64,000 nt of DNA from assembly GCA_041641295.1 (NCBI GenBank), contig JBEPYO010000001.1:480001-544000 (forward strand). Direction: 5' to 3'. Origin of the DNA: Nitrososphaerota archaeon (GTDB taxonomy: Archaea; Thermoproteota; Nitrososphaeria_A; Caldarchaeales; Calditenuaceae). Made by a program: the position numbers and the translations under genes. Shown here piece after piece: positions 16,089 to 26,189 of this stretch. Numbering within the stretch: the stretch's first letter is position 1; each line of letters opens with the position of its first letter. The notes beneath the pieces are model-generated. The model was not told where the DNA came from and did not search any database. It worked only from the letters and a program-made list of their open reading frames with translations.

Positions 16089-19000
16089 TACTTCCCACCC
16101 GCATCGGAGCCCGACCCGCTATTCTGGTTCGGCAGGAGGTCGCTATACCTCATCAGGAGGCTCACCCTGCCAGTACCGACAGGAACCTCCCTGCCTATTA
16201 AGATTCTCTCAATGTTCCCCTGCAGATGATCAACCTCGCCAGATGCAGCCGCCTCAACCAGCGTCTGGAAGCTAATCTCGAAGGCCGCCCTCGCAAGGAC
16301 GCTCGACTTCAGCCTCACAACACCGTGCCTCCCAACCTGTCTAACCCTCCCATCTAATGTCATGGCGTCTGCCAATAGTAGCAGGTGTCTGACGTCGACG
16401 TCGAGGCCCTGCTCCCTCAAGAGCTGTTGAGCCTCCTCGACTATTAGCTGCCTCGCCGCCTCAATGCCGAGGACTGAGGCCACCTCGTGAATGTCGTTCG
16501 TCCTAACCCTTCTGAAATCAACCTCAGGTATGGACATGACCTCCTTGAGGTTTGAGCCCTCTGTCTGTATGAGGTATTCACCACCCTTCTTCCGGACGAC
16601 AGCCTTTGTTATCTTCTTCACACCTCTCAGCCTCGTGTTAAGTATCCTAGTTTTCAGAAGTTCTAGAGAGTCTTGTTCAACCTCCTTAACTGTCAGGGAG
16701 ACAGCCCGTTTAGACTCGATGAACTTGGGCTTGTAGGGCTTCAAGGCCTGGCTTAACTCCTCCCGCGTCACGTTTAGTTCCTTCAAGGCCTCTTCATCGA
16801 GCATGAGTATTATGTTGCCGGTCCTCGCCTCTATCCTAATCTCGTCTACAACATCGCCGACGCTTATGTATTGGAGCCTGCTGGCAATCTTCCTAGCTAG
16901 CTTCGGATCCTGGTTGTAGGGTGGTTTAAGATATATGTACATCATGGGCGTGGAGGGTGCCCTTCTTGCATCGATTATCTCGATAAGCCTAGGTAGTCCT
17001 ACGAGGATGCTCTGCTCCCTAACACCAGCGAAGTGGAATGTCCTGAGCGTGAGCTGTGTCCCAGGCTCGCCAAGGGACTGGGCTGCGATGATTCCGACAG
17101 GGTCTCCAGCCTCAACCATGCTTTGGAGATAGACCCGGTACGCCGTTGCGAAGACCCTCTCTATAGCGTCCTTCGGGACCTTAAGTTTGAGACAGGCGTC
17201 CGATAACTCCTGGATAGCCAGGGGTGGCATCAACCCCTCATACTTCTTGGCTACAGCCTCGACATCCTCTTTTGCGGCTGGGCTGCCTTCGCCCTGCTGC
17301 TCCATTAGGACTTGCGATATGATGTTGGCGGGGATAAACGGCTTTCCGTGGTCGCTCTTACCAGGGTCGACGCCGTCCTCGCCGTATAGGAATTGAACGA
17401 TTTTCTTGGTGTCTGACATTCTGACTGAGCCGTCAAACTCTACGTAGAGTGATTCGAGGGCGTTTATGAGCCTACGCTGCATGTAGCCGCTCTGCTGCGT
17501 CCGGACCGCAGTGTCGACCAGCCCATCCCTTCCGCCCATCAGGTGGAAGAAGAACTCTATCGGGTCGAGGCCCTTGATGAATGGGTTGTATACGAAGCCT
17601 CTGGCGCGTGGAGATAGGTCGCCCCTCTCGAAGAACGTTAAGACTCTGTCCGTAAATCCTCTGCTAGGCCTCTCCCTCCTAACCGCCTGCTGACCAACTA
17701 TGGCAATCATCTGGTCAATGTTCAGGGTGCTCCCCCTCGCTCCGGTCCTAGCCATGATGACGAGTGGGTTGTCTATGGAGACATACTTCCTCACGAAGCT
17801 GCCAATCTCGTCCCTAGTCCTGGAGAGGAGTTCAAGTATTTCGGACTCAAACGCTTTCTCGGGAGTCTCACCGGGCTTAACTTCCAGTCTCCCCTTCTCA
17901 TAGTCGGACTTTAGCTGCTGGAACTCCTTCTCCATCTTGTGGAGGTAGGATTGGACCTGCTTGTACACTTCCTCGGGTACCGTTAGATTCTCTATGCCGA
18001 ATGTGAAGCCTCGGAGGTTTATGTACGTGTTGGCGAGCCTAATGACTCCGTTGAGGAATCTTGCAGCCTCCTCGTAGCCGTATTCCCTGAATATTCTGTG
18101 CAGAACGCTGTTAGCCTTCTCTACACCCACTATAGCCTTATCAATGAATCCTTGGACTAGCTTCCCCTTCTCTATTACGACCTGAGTATCTGAGCTGAAG
18201 TTGGACTGGACCCTGTGAGACAGGGTGGGTGGCAGGAGTAGGCTGAACACCTGCTTGCCGCTCCAAAGAGGCTGAGGATCTGTCTTCTCAGGTGGAGGCA
18301 GCTCGCCCTTGTACCCTATCGCGGAGAGGAGGTAACCAAGCGTCTGCTTATCCACATATGTGCCGTCTTTTGTCAACAGGTAGAGCGAGGTCAAGAAGTC
18401 TCTTATTGCACCTATAATCGGTGCGCCATATCTGGCGGAGATTATGTTTCGCTGGACCTGTAGTAGGAGCCTTGCCTCGGCCTGAGCCTCCTCACTCTGC
18501 GGGACGTGGAGGTTCATCTCGTCGCCGTCGAAGTCGGCGTTATAGGGTGTGCAGACTGCTAGGTTGAGTCTGAAGGTCTTATAGGGTAGGACTTTGACGC
18601 GGTGAGCCATGATGGAGACTCGGTGTAGGCTTGGCTGCCTGTTGAATAGTACAATGTCCCCGTCCCTTAGATGCCTCTCGACGATCCAGCCCTCCTCGAG
18701 GCTCTCAGCAACCTCGTCCAAGTTCTGAACATTCTTCAGACGAATCATCTTCCGGTCAGGCTTGATCACGTATTTTGCTCCCGGGTACTTGTCAGGCCCG
18801 TTCCTCACCATCTCCTTCAGCTTCTCCTTATTCCAGGGAGTGACGATCTCCGGTACGGTGAGCTGCATAGCTATCTCGAGTGGGACGCCCACCTCGTCGA
18901 AGTCTATGAGGGGATCGGGTGAGATGACTGTGCGCGCGGAGAAGTCGACACGTTTCCCGGAGAGGTTAAGCCTGAAGCGGCCCTCCTTACCCTTAAGCCT

Positions 19001-19894
19001 CTGGGCGAGCGTCTTCAATATCCTGCCCGACCTGTGCTGGGCCGGTGAGATACCTATCGTCTCGTTGTTGATGTAGGTTGTTACGTGGTATTGTAGTAGG
19101 TCTGAGAGCTCTGCTATGACTGGCGAGGGTGCGGCCGCTGCTATGCTCTCCTTCAGCCTCTGATTTACCCTCAGTATGTCGACCAGCTTGTGGGTTAGGT
19201 CGTCCTCAGAGCGGTAGTTGCTCTCAAGGGTTATTGAGGGCCTTACATAGACAGGGGGGACGGGGAGTACTGTTAGAACCATCCACTCCGGCCTTGAAGA
19301 CTGTGGGTCGATGTCGAGGAGCTCCAGGTCTGAGTCCGGTATTCTCTCGAGCCGCTGTCTCACTGAGCCTGCTGTAAGCCTGACAGCCCCCTGTGGGGTG
19401 GATTCTACGAAGGTTGAGGGCTTCTCCAGCTCTATCTTAAACTGCTTCTCGCCGCAGTGTGGGCAGGTTTGGGTGGCCATTGCCTTTTGCTTAACCTTGT
19501 AGAAGAGGTGTCTGTACATTCTCCCCTCCTGCTTCAGCTGCCGCAGCCTCGCCCTGGTCTCCTCGATCTCGTTCTGGCTTAGCAGCAGCCTTCCACAAGA
19601 CCTGCACGTACACCTAAGCAGTTCATGAATAATCTTGACGAATCCTATGTGTATGACGGGGACTGCAAGCTCTATATGCCCAAAGTGTCCCGGACACGAG
19701 ATGTATGTGTTTCCGCAGGTCTTGCACCTCTGCCCCGGCTCAAGAGTGCCTAGCATCGGGTCCATGACACCTGTCGGTATCGGCATCCCGTCCTCGTCGT
19801 AGGTGTCTGGACTCTGAACCTCGACGACACTCATACTCCTGATTAGGTTTGGCGGAAGTATACCGAACTTAATTGCTGAGATTATCCCCCTCAA
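16088..19894 (-). CDS. rpoA: RNA polymerase largest subunit, unsplit A'+A''
   Basis: CPGHFGH and NADFDGD (A'); AQSLGEPGTQLTLRTFH and VLARAAFE (A''); TTG start at 19894 overlaps the rpoB stop (TTGA). Confidence 0.97.
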   Translation of the reverse strand: MRGIISAIKFGILPPNLIRSMSVVEVQSPDTYDEDGMPIPTGVMDPMLGTLEPGQRCKTCGNTYISCPGHFGHIELAVPVIHIGFVKIIHELLRCTCRSCGRLLLSQNEIEETRARLRQLKQEGRMYRHLFYKVKQKAMATQTCPHCGEKQFKIELEKPSTFVESTPQGAVRLTAGSVRQRLERIPDSDLELLDIDPQSSRPEWMVLTVLPVPPVYVRPSITLESNYRSEDDLTHKLVDILRVNQRLKESIAAAAPSPVIAELSDLLQYHVTTYINNETIGISPAQHRSGRILKTLAQRLKGKEGRFRLNLSGKRVDFSARTVISPDPLIDFDEVGVPLEIAMQLTVPEIVTPWNKEKLKEMVRNGPDKYPGAKYVIKPDRKMIRLKNVQNLDEVAESLEEGWIVERHLRDGDIVLFNRQPSLHRVSIMAHRVKVLPYKTFRLNLAVCTPYNADFDGDEMNLHVPQSEEAQAEARLLLQVQRNIISARYGAPIIGAIRDFLTSLYLLTKDGTYVDKQTLGYLLSAIGYKGELPPPEKTDPQPLWSGKQVFSLLLPPTLSHRVQSNFSSDTQVVIEKGKLVQGFIDKAIVGVEKANSVLHRIFREYGYEEAARFLNGVIRLANTYINLRGFTFGIENLTVPEEVYKQVQSYLHKMEKEFQQLKSDYEKGRLEVKPGETPEKAFESEILELLSRTRDEIGSFVRKYVSIDNPLVIMARTGARGSTLNIDQMIAIVGQQAVRRERPSRGFTDRVLTFFERGDLSPRARGFVYNPFIKGLDPIEFFFHLMGGRDGLVDTAVRTQQSGYMQRRLINALESLYVEFDGSVRMSDTKKIVQFLYGEDGVDPGKSDHGKPFIPANIISQVLMEQQGEGSPAAKEDVEAVAKKYEGLMPPLAIQELSDACLKLKVPKDAIERVFATAYRVYLQSMVEAGDPVGIIAAQSLGEPGTQLTLRTFHFAGVREQSILVGLPRLIEIIDARRAPSTPMMYIYLKPPYNQDPKLARKIASRLQYISVGDVVDEIRIEARTGNIILMLDEEALKELNVTREELSQALKPYKPKFIESKRAVSLTVKEVEQDSLELLKTRILNTRLRGVKKITKAVVRKKGGEYLIQTEGSNLKEVMSIPEVDFRRVRTNDIHEVASVLGIEAARQLIVEEAQQLLREQGLDVDVRHLLLLADAMTLDGRVRQVGRHGVVRLKSSVLARAAFEISFQTLVEAAASGEVDHLQGNIERILIGREVPVGTGRVSLLMRYSDLLPNQNSGSGSDAGGK

Positions 19895-22800
19895 CTCCCA
19901 CCCACCTCCTCGAAGATGAGCTTTGGATAGATACACATGGCTAGAAGCTCGTTCAGTAGGAGGAAGAATGCATACGACATCGAGACTTGGACTCCTGAGA
20001 AGTCTTTGCCATGTACGGGGCAGATTAGCTGGTTCTGCTTGAGGTCGTAGTATGCCGGTAGCCCGCACTTCTCGCAGAAGTATGCAGAATACTTGTCGCT
20101 CTGCTCGAGTAGCCGGTCGAGGAGTAGGTAGCTTGCCCCGTAGGCGATTAGGCAGTCCCTCTCCATCTCCCCGAACTTGAGGCCTCCACCGCGGGAGCGG
20201 CCCTCGGTAGGCTGCCTCGTCAGTATCTGAACCTGGCCCCTAGACCTCGCGTGTATCTTGTCCCGGACCAAGTGGTGTAGCCTCTGATAATACACAACGC
20301 CAACGAATATCTCAACCTCGTACTTTCTGCCTGTAAGGCCGTCATACATGACCTCCGTTCCAGTGCCCTTAAAGCCGAGAGCCTCTAGCTCCGCCTTTAT
20401 CTCCTCGAGGGGCTTGCCTATGAAGGGTGAGCCGTCGATCTCCTCGCCCTTCAGCCCGGCGAGTTTCCCGGCGAGGCTCTCAATCAGCTGTCCGACAGTC
20501 ATTCTGGAGGGGAATGCGTGTGGATTAATTATCAGGTCTGGGACGATCCCGCTGGCAGTGTAGGGCATGTCCGCCTGTGGGAAGAGCATGCCTACAACGC
20601 CCTTCTGACCATGCCTCGAGGCGAATTTGTCCCCAATCTCTGCAAAGCAGTCGGTTCTGATCCTGGCTTTGACTAGGGTTGTCTCTTCGAGCGTCTTAGT
20701 AACAAAGATCGTATCCACCACACCCGCCTCTGTAGGCTTAACGACCTCAGACGAGTCTCTCCAGACCATCTCCCTGGCAGGGGCCCTCATGTACTCTTCC
20801 ATGAACCGTGGAGGGCTAACCATTCCGACGATAGCCATTCCTCCCACAACCTCCGACTCGGGGAAGGCAAGCCCGTCGGTGTCTAATGCGCGGTAGCATT
20901 GCTCGCCCCTGTAGCCCCTCACACTCGGCTCGGGAATGCCCAGCCTATCCTTCTCACCGCCTATGTACTGCTTTGCCTCCACCTCGTAGGTCCTATAGCT
21001 GATGCTGTAGCCCACGCCGCGCTCAACGGAGGATTTGTTTAGGACTACGGCGTCCTCCATGTTGTATCCATATCCTGTCAAGACAGCCACGACCAAGTTC
21101 TGGCCGATTGGCCTCTCTGTGAGTGAGAGCCGCTTCGTGAAGCGCGTAGATACTAGGGGCTTCTGGGGATAGACCAGTAGGTGGAGCCTAGAGTCAGTCC
21201 TCAGGTTTAGGCTTGTTAGGGGAACTCCCAGCGCCTGCTTAGCCATTGAGGCTTCGTAGACGTTTCTCGGCGACTGGTTATGGTTACTGTAGGGTATTAT
21301 TGAGGCTACAGCGCCCATCGTGAGGAGCGGCGAAATTTCTAGATAGTTGTGGTTGGGGGTCAGGCTTTCTGGAGAGAGGGCGACCAAGACGTTTTCCTCC
21401 TCAGAAGCGTCTAAGAACTCTACAGCACCTATCGAAACCAGATCCCTAAACCTGAAAGTCCCATTGGACAGCGATTCAATCATCGCCCTCGAGATGCTAG
21501 GCACACCATTCTCCGCCACTATTAGCGGCCTCCTGACCCGGCCCTCGTCGGTGTAAATCTCAACTTCCTGGATGTGTGGATACTCGTTTAGGCAGATATT
21601 GACGGCGGGGCTAATCTCACCCTTCCTACGTAAGGCTCTAAGCTCGCGGACCAGAGCACGGCCGTCCGGATGATAGCCTATCAGCTCGTTGTCCAAGTAG
21701 ACTTTTGCACCATACGTCTTCTTCCGCCCACGCCTCCTCTCGTCAAGCGCCACAAAGACGCCGACCATACCGAGGTCTACCAGCCTTCTCTTCAGCTCAA
21801 TCCTGTCCTGCTGCGAGAGTGGGACTGTGACCTCGGCACCTAAGGCTAGGTTTTTGACGAGCCCGGAGTTCGCTCCTTCTGGCGTCTCAACGGGACATAT
21901 TCTACCCCAGTGTGTCCCGTGTAGGTCTCTTGCCTCGAAGTGTGCTTGGCTACGGCTAAGCGGCGACTGCACCCTCCTCAGATGGCTGATAGTGGCTAGA
22001 TAGTTAGTCCTGTTCAACAGCTGTGTTACGCCAACACGCCCACCGGGCCAGTTCCCAGTCGCAAATGCGTGAATAACGACGTCGTTAACTATGCTGGGCT
22101 TAACAAACGGTGAGATTGTGATTGGATAGCGCGACGCCATGCTCTTTTCGAGCTGATACTTGATGTCTCGGATCAGCTTGGTGAGAGCCATTCGGTAGAG
22201 TTCTGTCAGGAGTGGGTTCTCCAGCTTCAGCCTCTTGTTACCGTAGTGGTCTTTGTCCGAGGGCTTTCTGAGACCCACGCTCGTCTCGAGTAGCTTCCCA
22301 ACTATGTCGCATAGGAGTATTCCCTTCTTGTATCTCGCGTCGGGGGTCGTCCCTACATGGAGCATGAATATGTTGTCTATCATCTGCTCAGCCCGCTGTT
22401 TCCTGTACTCCTCGGCATAGCCGAAGGCTATCCTGTTCCCTATGTACACTAGGGCGTCATCCGCCGTCTCAACGCCCTCGGCCTCCCTGAATGACGGCTC
22501 GAGAAGCTCCTGTATCGCGGAGTTGTTCGATATGAGATTGACTATCTCGCTGTCCTTAGTCAGACCAAGAGCCCTCAGCATGACTATCAGTGGAATACCC
22601 TTGTAGATCCTCGAGAAGAAGACCTTTATGGGGCCACCCGGCTTGTAGGTGACCTCAACCTTACTCATCCTACCCTGAGAGGAGGAGAGAAGCATCGCAG
22701 AGTACTGTGGATTCTCCTTCTGATCCTTCACAGTCACGAGAACCTTGTTGGGTGAGAGATCCTCTATCGCCACTATAACCCTCTCTGACCCGTTTATGAT

Positions 22801-23286
22801 GAAGTAGCCGCCTGGGTCTAGCGGGTCTTCACCTATAGCCGCGAGCTCTTCTGGGGTCATCCTGCTCAGCGGACAGATAGAGGACTTAACCATGATGGGG
22901 ATCGAGCCGATAAGAACGCGCTCAGCGACGACTACCGGCTTATCATCAACATATAGGCTCATCTTGACATAGATTGGCGCCGCGTAGGTTAGGTTTCTCA
23001 GCCTACACTCCATCGGCGTTACGTCCTCCCTTACCATCCCGTCGATCTCGACGATCCTCGGAGACCCTATCTCGACGCTCTCGAACTTTAGCTCGGCTTT
23101 ACCCCTCGCCTTAATCTCGACAGGGCTCATGCTCATTATCAGGTTCTTGAGGCCCTCTTTGACGAAGTAGTCGTACGACATTAGGTGGTGGTTGATTAAC
23201 CCAGCGTCGTCGATGTAGGCCTCGGCTACCTTCATCAGGTCTTCGGTTGTGAGGACTGACTGTTCAGAGGTTGGCTTTGGGCTCAC
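19891..23286 (-). CDS. rpoB: RNA polymerase subunit B (unsplit)
   Basis: [46 protein letters not shown]-terminal Zn ribbon. Confidence 0.98.
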   Translation of the reverse strand: MSPKPTSEQSVLTTEDLMKVAEAYIDDAGLINHHLMSYDYFVKEGLKNLIMSMSPVEIKARGKAELKFESVEIGSPRIVEIDGMVREDVTPMECRLRNLTYAAPIYVKMSLYVDDKPVVVAERVLIGSIPIMVKSSICPLSRMTPEELAAIGEDPLDPGGYFIINGSERVIVAIEDLSPNKVLVTVKDQKENPQYSAMLLSSSQGRMSKVEVTYKPGGPIKVFFSRIYKGIPLIVMLRALGLTKDSEIVNLISNNSAIQELLEPSFREAEGVETADDALVYIGNRIAFGYAEEYRKQRAEQMIDNIFMLHVGTTPDARYKKGILLCDIVGKLLETSVGLRKPSDKDHYGNKRLKLENPLLTELYRMALTKLIRDIKYQLEKSMASRYPITISPFVKPSIVNDVVIHAFATGNWPGGRVGVTQLLNRTNYLATISHLRRVQSPLSRSQAHFEARDLHGTHWGRICPVETPEGANSGLVKNLALGAEVTVPLSQQDRIELKRRLVDLGMVGVFVALDERRRGRKKTYGAKVYLDNELIGYHPDGRALVRELRALRRKGEISPAVNICLNEYPHIQEVEIYTDEGRVRRPLIVAENGVPSISRAMIESLSNGTFRFRDLVSIGAVEFLDASEEENVLVALSPESLTPNHNYLEISPLLTMGAVASIIPYSNHNQSPRNVYEASMAKQALGVPLTSLNLRTDSRLHLLVYPQKPLVSTRFTKRLSLTERPIGQNLVVAVLTGYGYNMEDAVVLNKSSVERGVGYSISYRTYEVEAKQYIGGEKDRLGIPEPSVRGYRGEQCYRALDTDGLAFPESEVVGGMAIVGMVSPPRFMEEYMRAPAREMVWRDSSEVVKPTEAGVVDTIFVTKTLEETTLVKARIRTDCFAEIGDKFASRHGQKGVVGMLFPQADMPYTASGIVPDLIINPHAFPSRMTVGQLIESLAGKLAGLKGEEIDGSPFIGKPLEEIKAELEALGFKGTGTEVMYDGLTGRKYEVEIFVGVVYYQRLHHLVRDKIHARSRGQVQILTRQPTEGRSRGGGLKFGEMERDCLIAYGASYLLLDRLLEQSDKYSAYFCEKCGLPAYYDLKQNQLICPVHGKDFSGVQVSMSYAFFLLLNELLAMCIYPKLIFEEVGGS

Positions 23287-23537
23287 TCCTCCCTCACCAC
23301 CAGTCTATAATAGTGTGAGAGACCGGCTGTGGGTGACCTTCTATGTATCCTAAGTACGTCGCCGGGCTTGGCACCTATCTCACGCACCACTGGGTCGCTG
23401 GCAAGTATCCTCGGAAGCTCGTTTAGGGTGATCCTGTATCTGCTCAATAGTTCCTGTACCTCCTCCTGGCTCATAATCTCGTGCTTCGGAACCAGCTCAT
23501 GCTCAAGTATCGAGACCGTCGACGGCACCTCTTTCAC
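23283..23537 (-). CDS. rpoH: RNA polymerase subunit H (Rpo5)
   Basis: [31 protein letters not shown]. Confidence 0.97.
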   Translation of the reverse strand: MKEVPSTVSILEHELVPKHEIMSQEEVQELLSRYRITLNELPRILASDPVVREIGAKPGDVLRIHRRSPTAGLSHYYRLVVREE

Positions 23538-23789
23538 CTCAACCTTTTTAGATTTAGAAGACTTCTGGGGCAGAATACACCACCATCCCTATAACCAGAT
23601 TCACTTGGTGAGAAAAAGTTAGAATCCCTTTATTAACTTATCCTACCCCGCTGCGAGGCGCATAATAGGGCCATAGGCACCATGCTTGTTCTGCGGGCTA
23701 CGTAGCTATTCAGGCTGCGGGGCTGGGCTGTAGACTCATTGTTGGGGGCTGAGTCAAGGATTATGTAGAAGGGAGCTTCGATTTGGCCT

Positions 23790-24134
23790 GTGATGCAGGA
23801 GTTCAAGATCAACCTTACAGAGAGGGCCGCCCTCAAGATCAGGGAGTACCTAGCTGGTGAGGGGGAGGGGCTGGCGCTCAGGGTGTTTATAATGGGGCAA
23901 GGGTGTTGCGGATACCGCTACGGCATGGTTCTAGACAACGAGGTTTTGGAAGATGATATTGTCGTCCAGGACAACGGTGTTAGAGTTGTTGTGGATAAAT
24001 ACAGTGCATCACTCCTCGCTGGCTCCGAGATAGACTATGTAGAGAGTGAGGGGTTGGAAGGGTTCGTCGTGAAGAACCCGAACGAGCAGTCGACCTGTAG
24101 CTGTGGTAGACACCACCACTCTATGATTGAGTAA
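23790..24134 (+). CDS. HesB/IscA family A-type Fe-S carrier
   Basis: GCCGYRYG, IDYV and NPN..TCSCG. Confidence 0.9.
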   Translation: MMQEFKINLTERAALKIREYLAGEGEGLALRVFIMGQGCCGYRYGMVLDNEVLEDDIVVQDNGVRVVVDKYSASLLAGSEIDYVESEGLEGFVVKNPNEQSTCSCGRHHHSMIE

Positions 24135-24606
24135 GGTACTGGCGGGCATGGAAGTGGGGGACACCTGCCCAGACTTCTCCCTCCCTTCGACAGAGGGGGA
24201 GTTCAGGCTTAGTGAGAGGCTTGGAAAGAACCGCTACATAATACTCTACTTCTATCCAAGAGACAACACCCCCGGATGCACATCAGAGGCTTGTAGCTTT
24301 AGAGACAACATGGGTGTTTTGACAAGATATGGAGCTGAAGTCTATGGGATAAGCACCGACGACCTTAAGAGCCACAAGAAATTCGCACAGAAATACAACA
24401 TAGCCTTCCCGCTGCTCAGCGACAAGAACGGCGAGATATCACGACTCTTCGACGCGTATAATAGCATTTTCAAGACGGCGAAGCGAAAGACCTTCATAAT
24501 CTCCCCTGACGGTAGAATAGTCAAAATAATAGAATGGGTTAAACCGGAGGAGCACGTTAAACTAGCTATCGAGTTTCTTGAGAGGGAAGCTCAGCGGGCT
24601 ATCTGA
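24127..24606 (+). CDS. bcp: Peroxiredoxin, BCP type
   Basis: YFYPRDNTPGCTSEACSFRD. Confidence 0.92.
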   Translation: MSKVLAGMEVGDTCPDFSLPSTEGEFRLSERLGKNRYIILYFYPRDNTPGCTSEACSFRDNMGVLTRYGAEVYGISTDDLKSHKKFAQKYNIAFPLLSDKNGEISRLFDAYNSIFKTAKRKTFIISPDGRIVKIIEWVKPEEHVKLAIEFLEREAQRAI

Positions 24607-24851
24607 ACCCTCGCCCTAACCTCCTTGACTATCTCATCAGCAGTCGGGAACCTACCTCCCTGCTCCTTCCGCGAATAAACTTTCTTATCATCTATGTAAA
24701 CATCAAAGGTGCCGCCGTCAGATGTGTCGAGGGTTACGGAGAAGCGTTTATTGTACTCCATGCCGAATGTCTGTAGCAGGTGGTTTGCGAGCTCCATCGC
24801 CCTCGGAAGATGGCCACACGGCACGCAGTAGACTATCCTAACGTTGACCAC
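24591..24851 (-). CDS. Rdx (SelT/SelW/SelH) family redox protein
   Basis: IVYCVPCG, GGTFDV, SRK...RFP. Confidence 0.85.
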   Translation of the reverse strand: MVNVRIVYCVPCGHLPRAMELANHLLQTFGMEYNKRFSVTLDTSDGGTFDVYIDDKKVYSRKEQGGRFPTADEIVKEVRARVQIAR

Positions 24852-24949
24852 GTATGATTTGCGGAATTCTTAATTTATTAACGTTATTTCTTTACCAAGA
24901 GTCTACAAGGTTTATATCCCCTGCCACAGCAGACCAGTTAGGGGGCTCA

Positions 24950-25066
24950 ATGCTGAGTAGGCAGACGGTGGAGGCCGAGGAGTGTCCTCGGTGCCACTTA
25001 GAAGTCCCAGCTGGGACAAGAAGATGTCCTAGGTGTGGCTTATGTATAGCCTGCTCCAGCCAGTGA
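24950..25066 (+). CDS. 38-aa CPxCG zinc-finger microprotein
   Basis: ECPRCH...RCPRCGLCIAC; ATG 24950 after GGGGG, TTTATAT upstream. Confidence 0.65.
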   Translation: MLSRQTVEAEECPRCHLEVPAGTRRCPRCGLCIACSSQ

Positions 25067-25074
25067 AAAGAGTC

Positions 25075-26055
25075 TTAGACCCTGACGCATATTTTTTCCT
25101 CGAGGGCGTAGGCGTTGATTCCGAGGCGCCTCAGGTGTCTAGCAAGTGTGGATGAGAATCCGTATATTGTGAGGACTGTCTTATAATCATGGTTTTTCGC
25201 GTATGATACTAGGCCGTGGAAGTCTGAGTGGGCGGAGAGTGGGAAGTAGGCGTCGAATCCCTCCTGCCTCGTGGTGAGGACCCAGCCTGTGGCGAGCGCC
25301 CATCTGACACGCCTGTTTGCGAGCTGGGAGATGTCCCTCCGCGCAGAAACGTAGACCGCACCACTCTTGGCAGCCTCATCGCCCTCCCGGGTCCCAGCCT
25401 TTAGGAAGTCCAGCCACCTGAACGTGTTCTTATAGACCATGGAGATTCTGTAGATCTCGGGTGTGGTGAGGACTGGCACGTTTAGCGTCTTGTTGATGAG
25501 GGCGACTATTTCCTGAGCCTTGCCGGCCGAGTAGACCTTTAGGGCGGGTATATCGCCCCGCGCTAGGGTCTCTTTCACCCACTTGATAATCTCGTAGTAG
25601 ATTCCCTCCCTGTCCGGGAATTTGTAGATGGGGGAGCCGTAGGTTGCCTCTATCACTAGGACATCGGCCTCGTCCTGTTCTGCACCCCTCTGAAGGATGT
25701 TGTCATAGACGTTCATGTCGCCTGTATATAGTATGGAGAGGCCGTCAGCTTCCAGCTTAAACATGCTTGAGCCGAGCATGTGCCCCGAGTTCAGGGCAGT
25801 GAGGTGGATGCCATGTGGTAATTCTATCTTAACCCCGAGGGGGGATTCAATGAATCTCCTATAGTATTTTTTGCGGGAGGCGAAGATTTTATGGGTCTCG
25901 CCCGTCATGACGTTGAGCTCTGTGGGCGAGCCTGCGTGGTCCATGTGCGCATGGCTCAGACACCTTAACCCCTGCCCCTCCGCAGCGTCAAAGAGGATCC
26001 GCGATCCGCGGTCCTCGAAAACCGGCGCAGCCCCCTCCATCCTTATCAGAGGCAA
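25075..26055 (-). CDS. Metallo-beta-lactamase / beta-CASP nuclease
   Basis: SHAHMDH, GHMLGS, YTGD, EATYG, GKAQE, SAHSD. Confidence 0.85.
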   Translation of the reverse strand: MPLIRMEGAAPVFEDRGSRILFDAAEGQGLRCLSHAHMDHAGSPTELNVMTGETHKIFASRKKYYRRFIESPLGVKIELPHGIHLTALNSGHMLGSSMFKLEADGLSILYTGDMNVYDNILQRGAEQDEADVLVIEATYGSPIYKFPDREGIYYEIIKWVKETLARGDIPALKVYSAGKAQEIVALINKTLNVPVLTTPEIYRISMVYKNTFRWLDFLKAGTREGDEAAKSGAVYVSARRDISQLANRRVRWALATGWVLTTRQEGFDAYFPLSAHSDFHGLVSYAKNHDYKTVLTIYGFSSTLARHLRRLGINAYALEEKICVRV

Positions 26056-26189
26056 GTCAAGTATTGGAGAGGCAGCCGCTTGATAAAAATTTAGGGATTG
26101 GGTCTCGGAGAGGTTTTACGTCTCTTAAGCCTATTGCGCTTCCGATGGGATGGAAATCGTTTTTAAGAGGTGAAACGAGGCGCTAGCAG

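Noticed and set aside
19895-20068. 58-aa N-terminal extension of RpoA in the ORF track
   Set aside because: It overlaps the rpoB 3' end; homology begins at TTG 19894
23633-23789. Possible ncRNA or tRNA between rpoH and iscA
   Set aside because: No cloverleaf or C/D boxes, only a short GACTCA/TGAGTC hairpin
24591-24851. Selenoprotein possibility for the Rdx protein
   Set aside because: The motif is CVPC with no in-frame TGA
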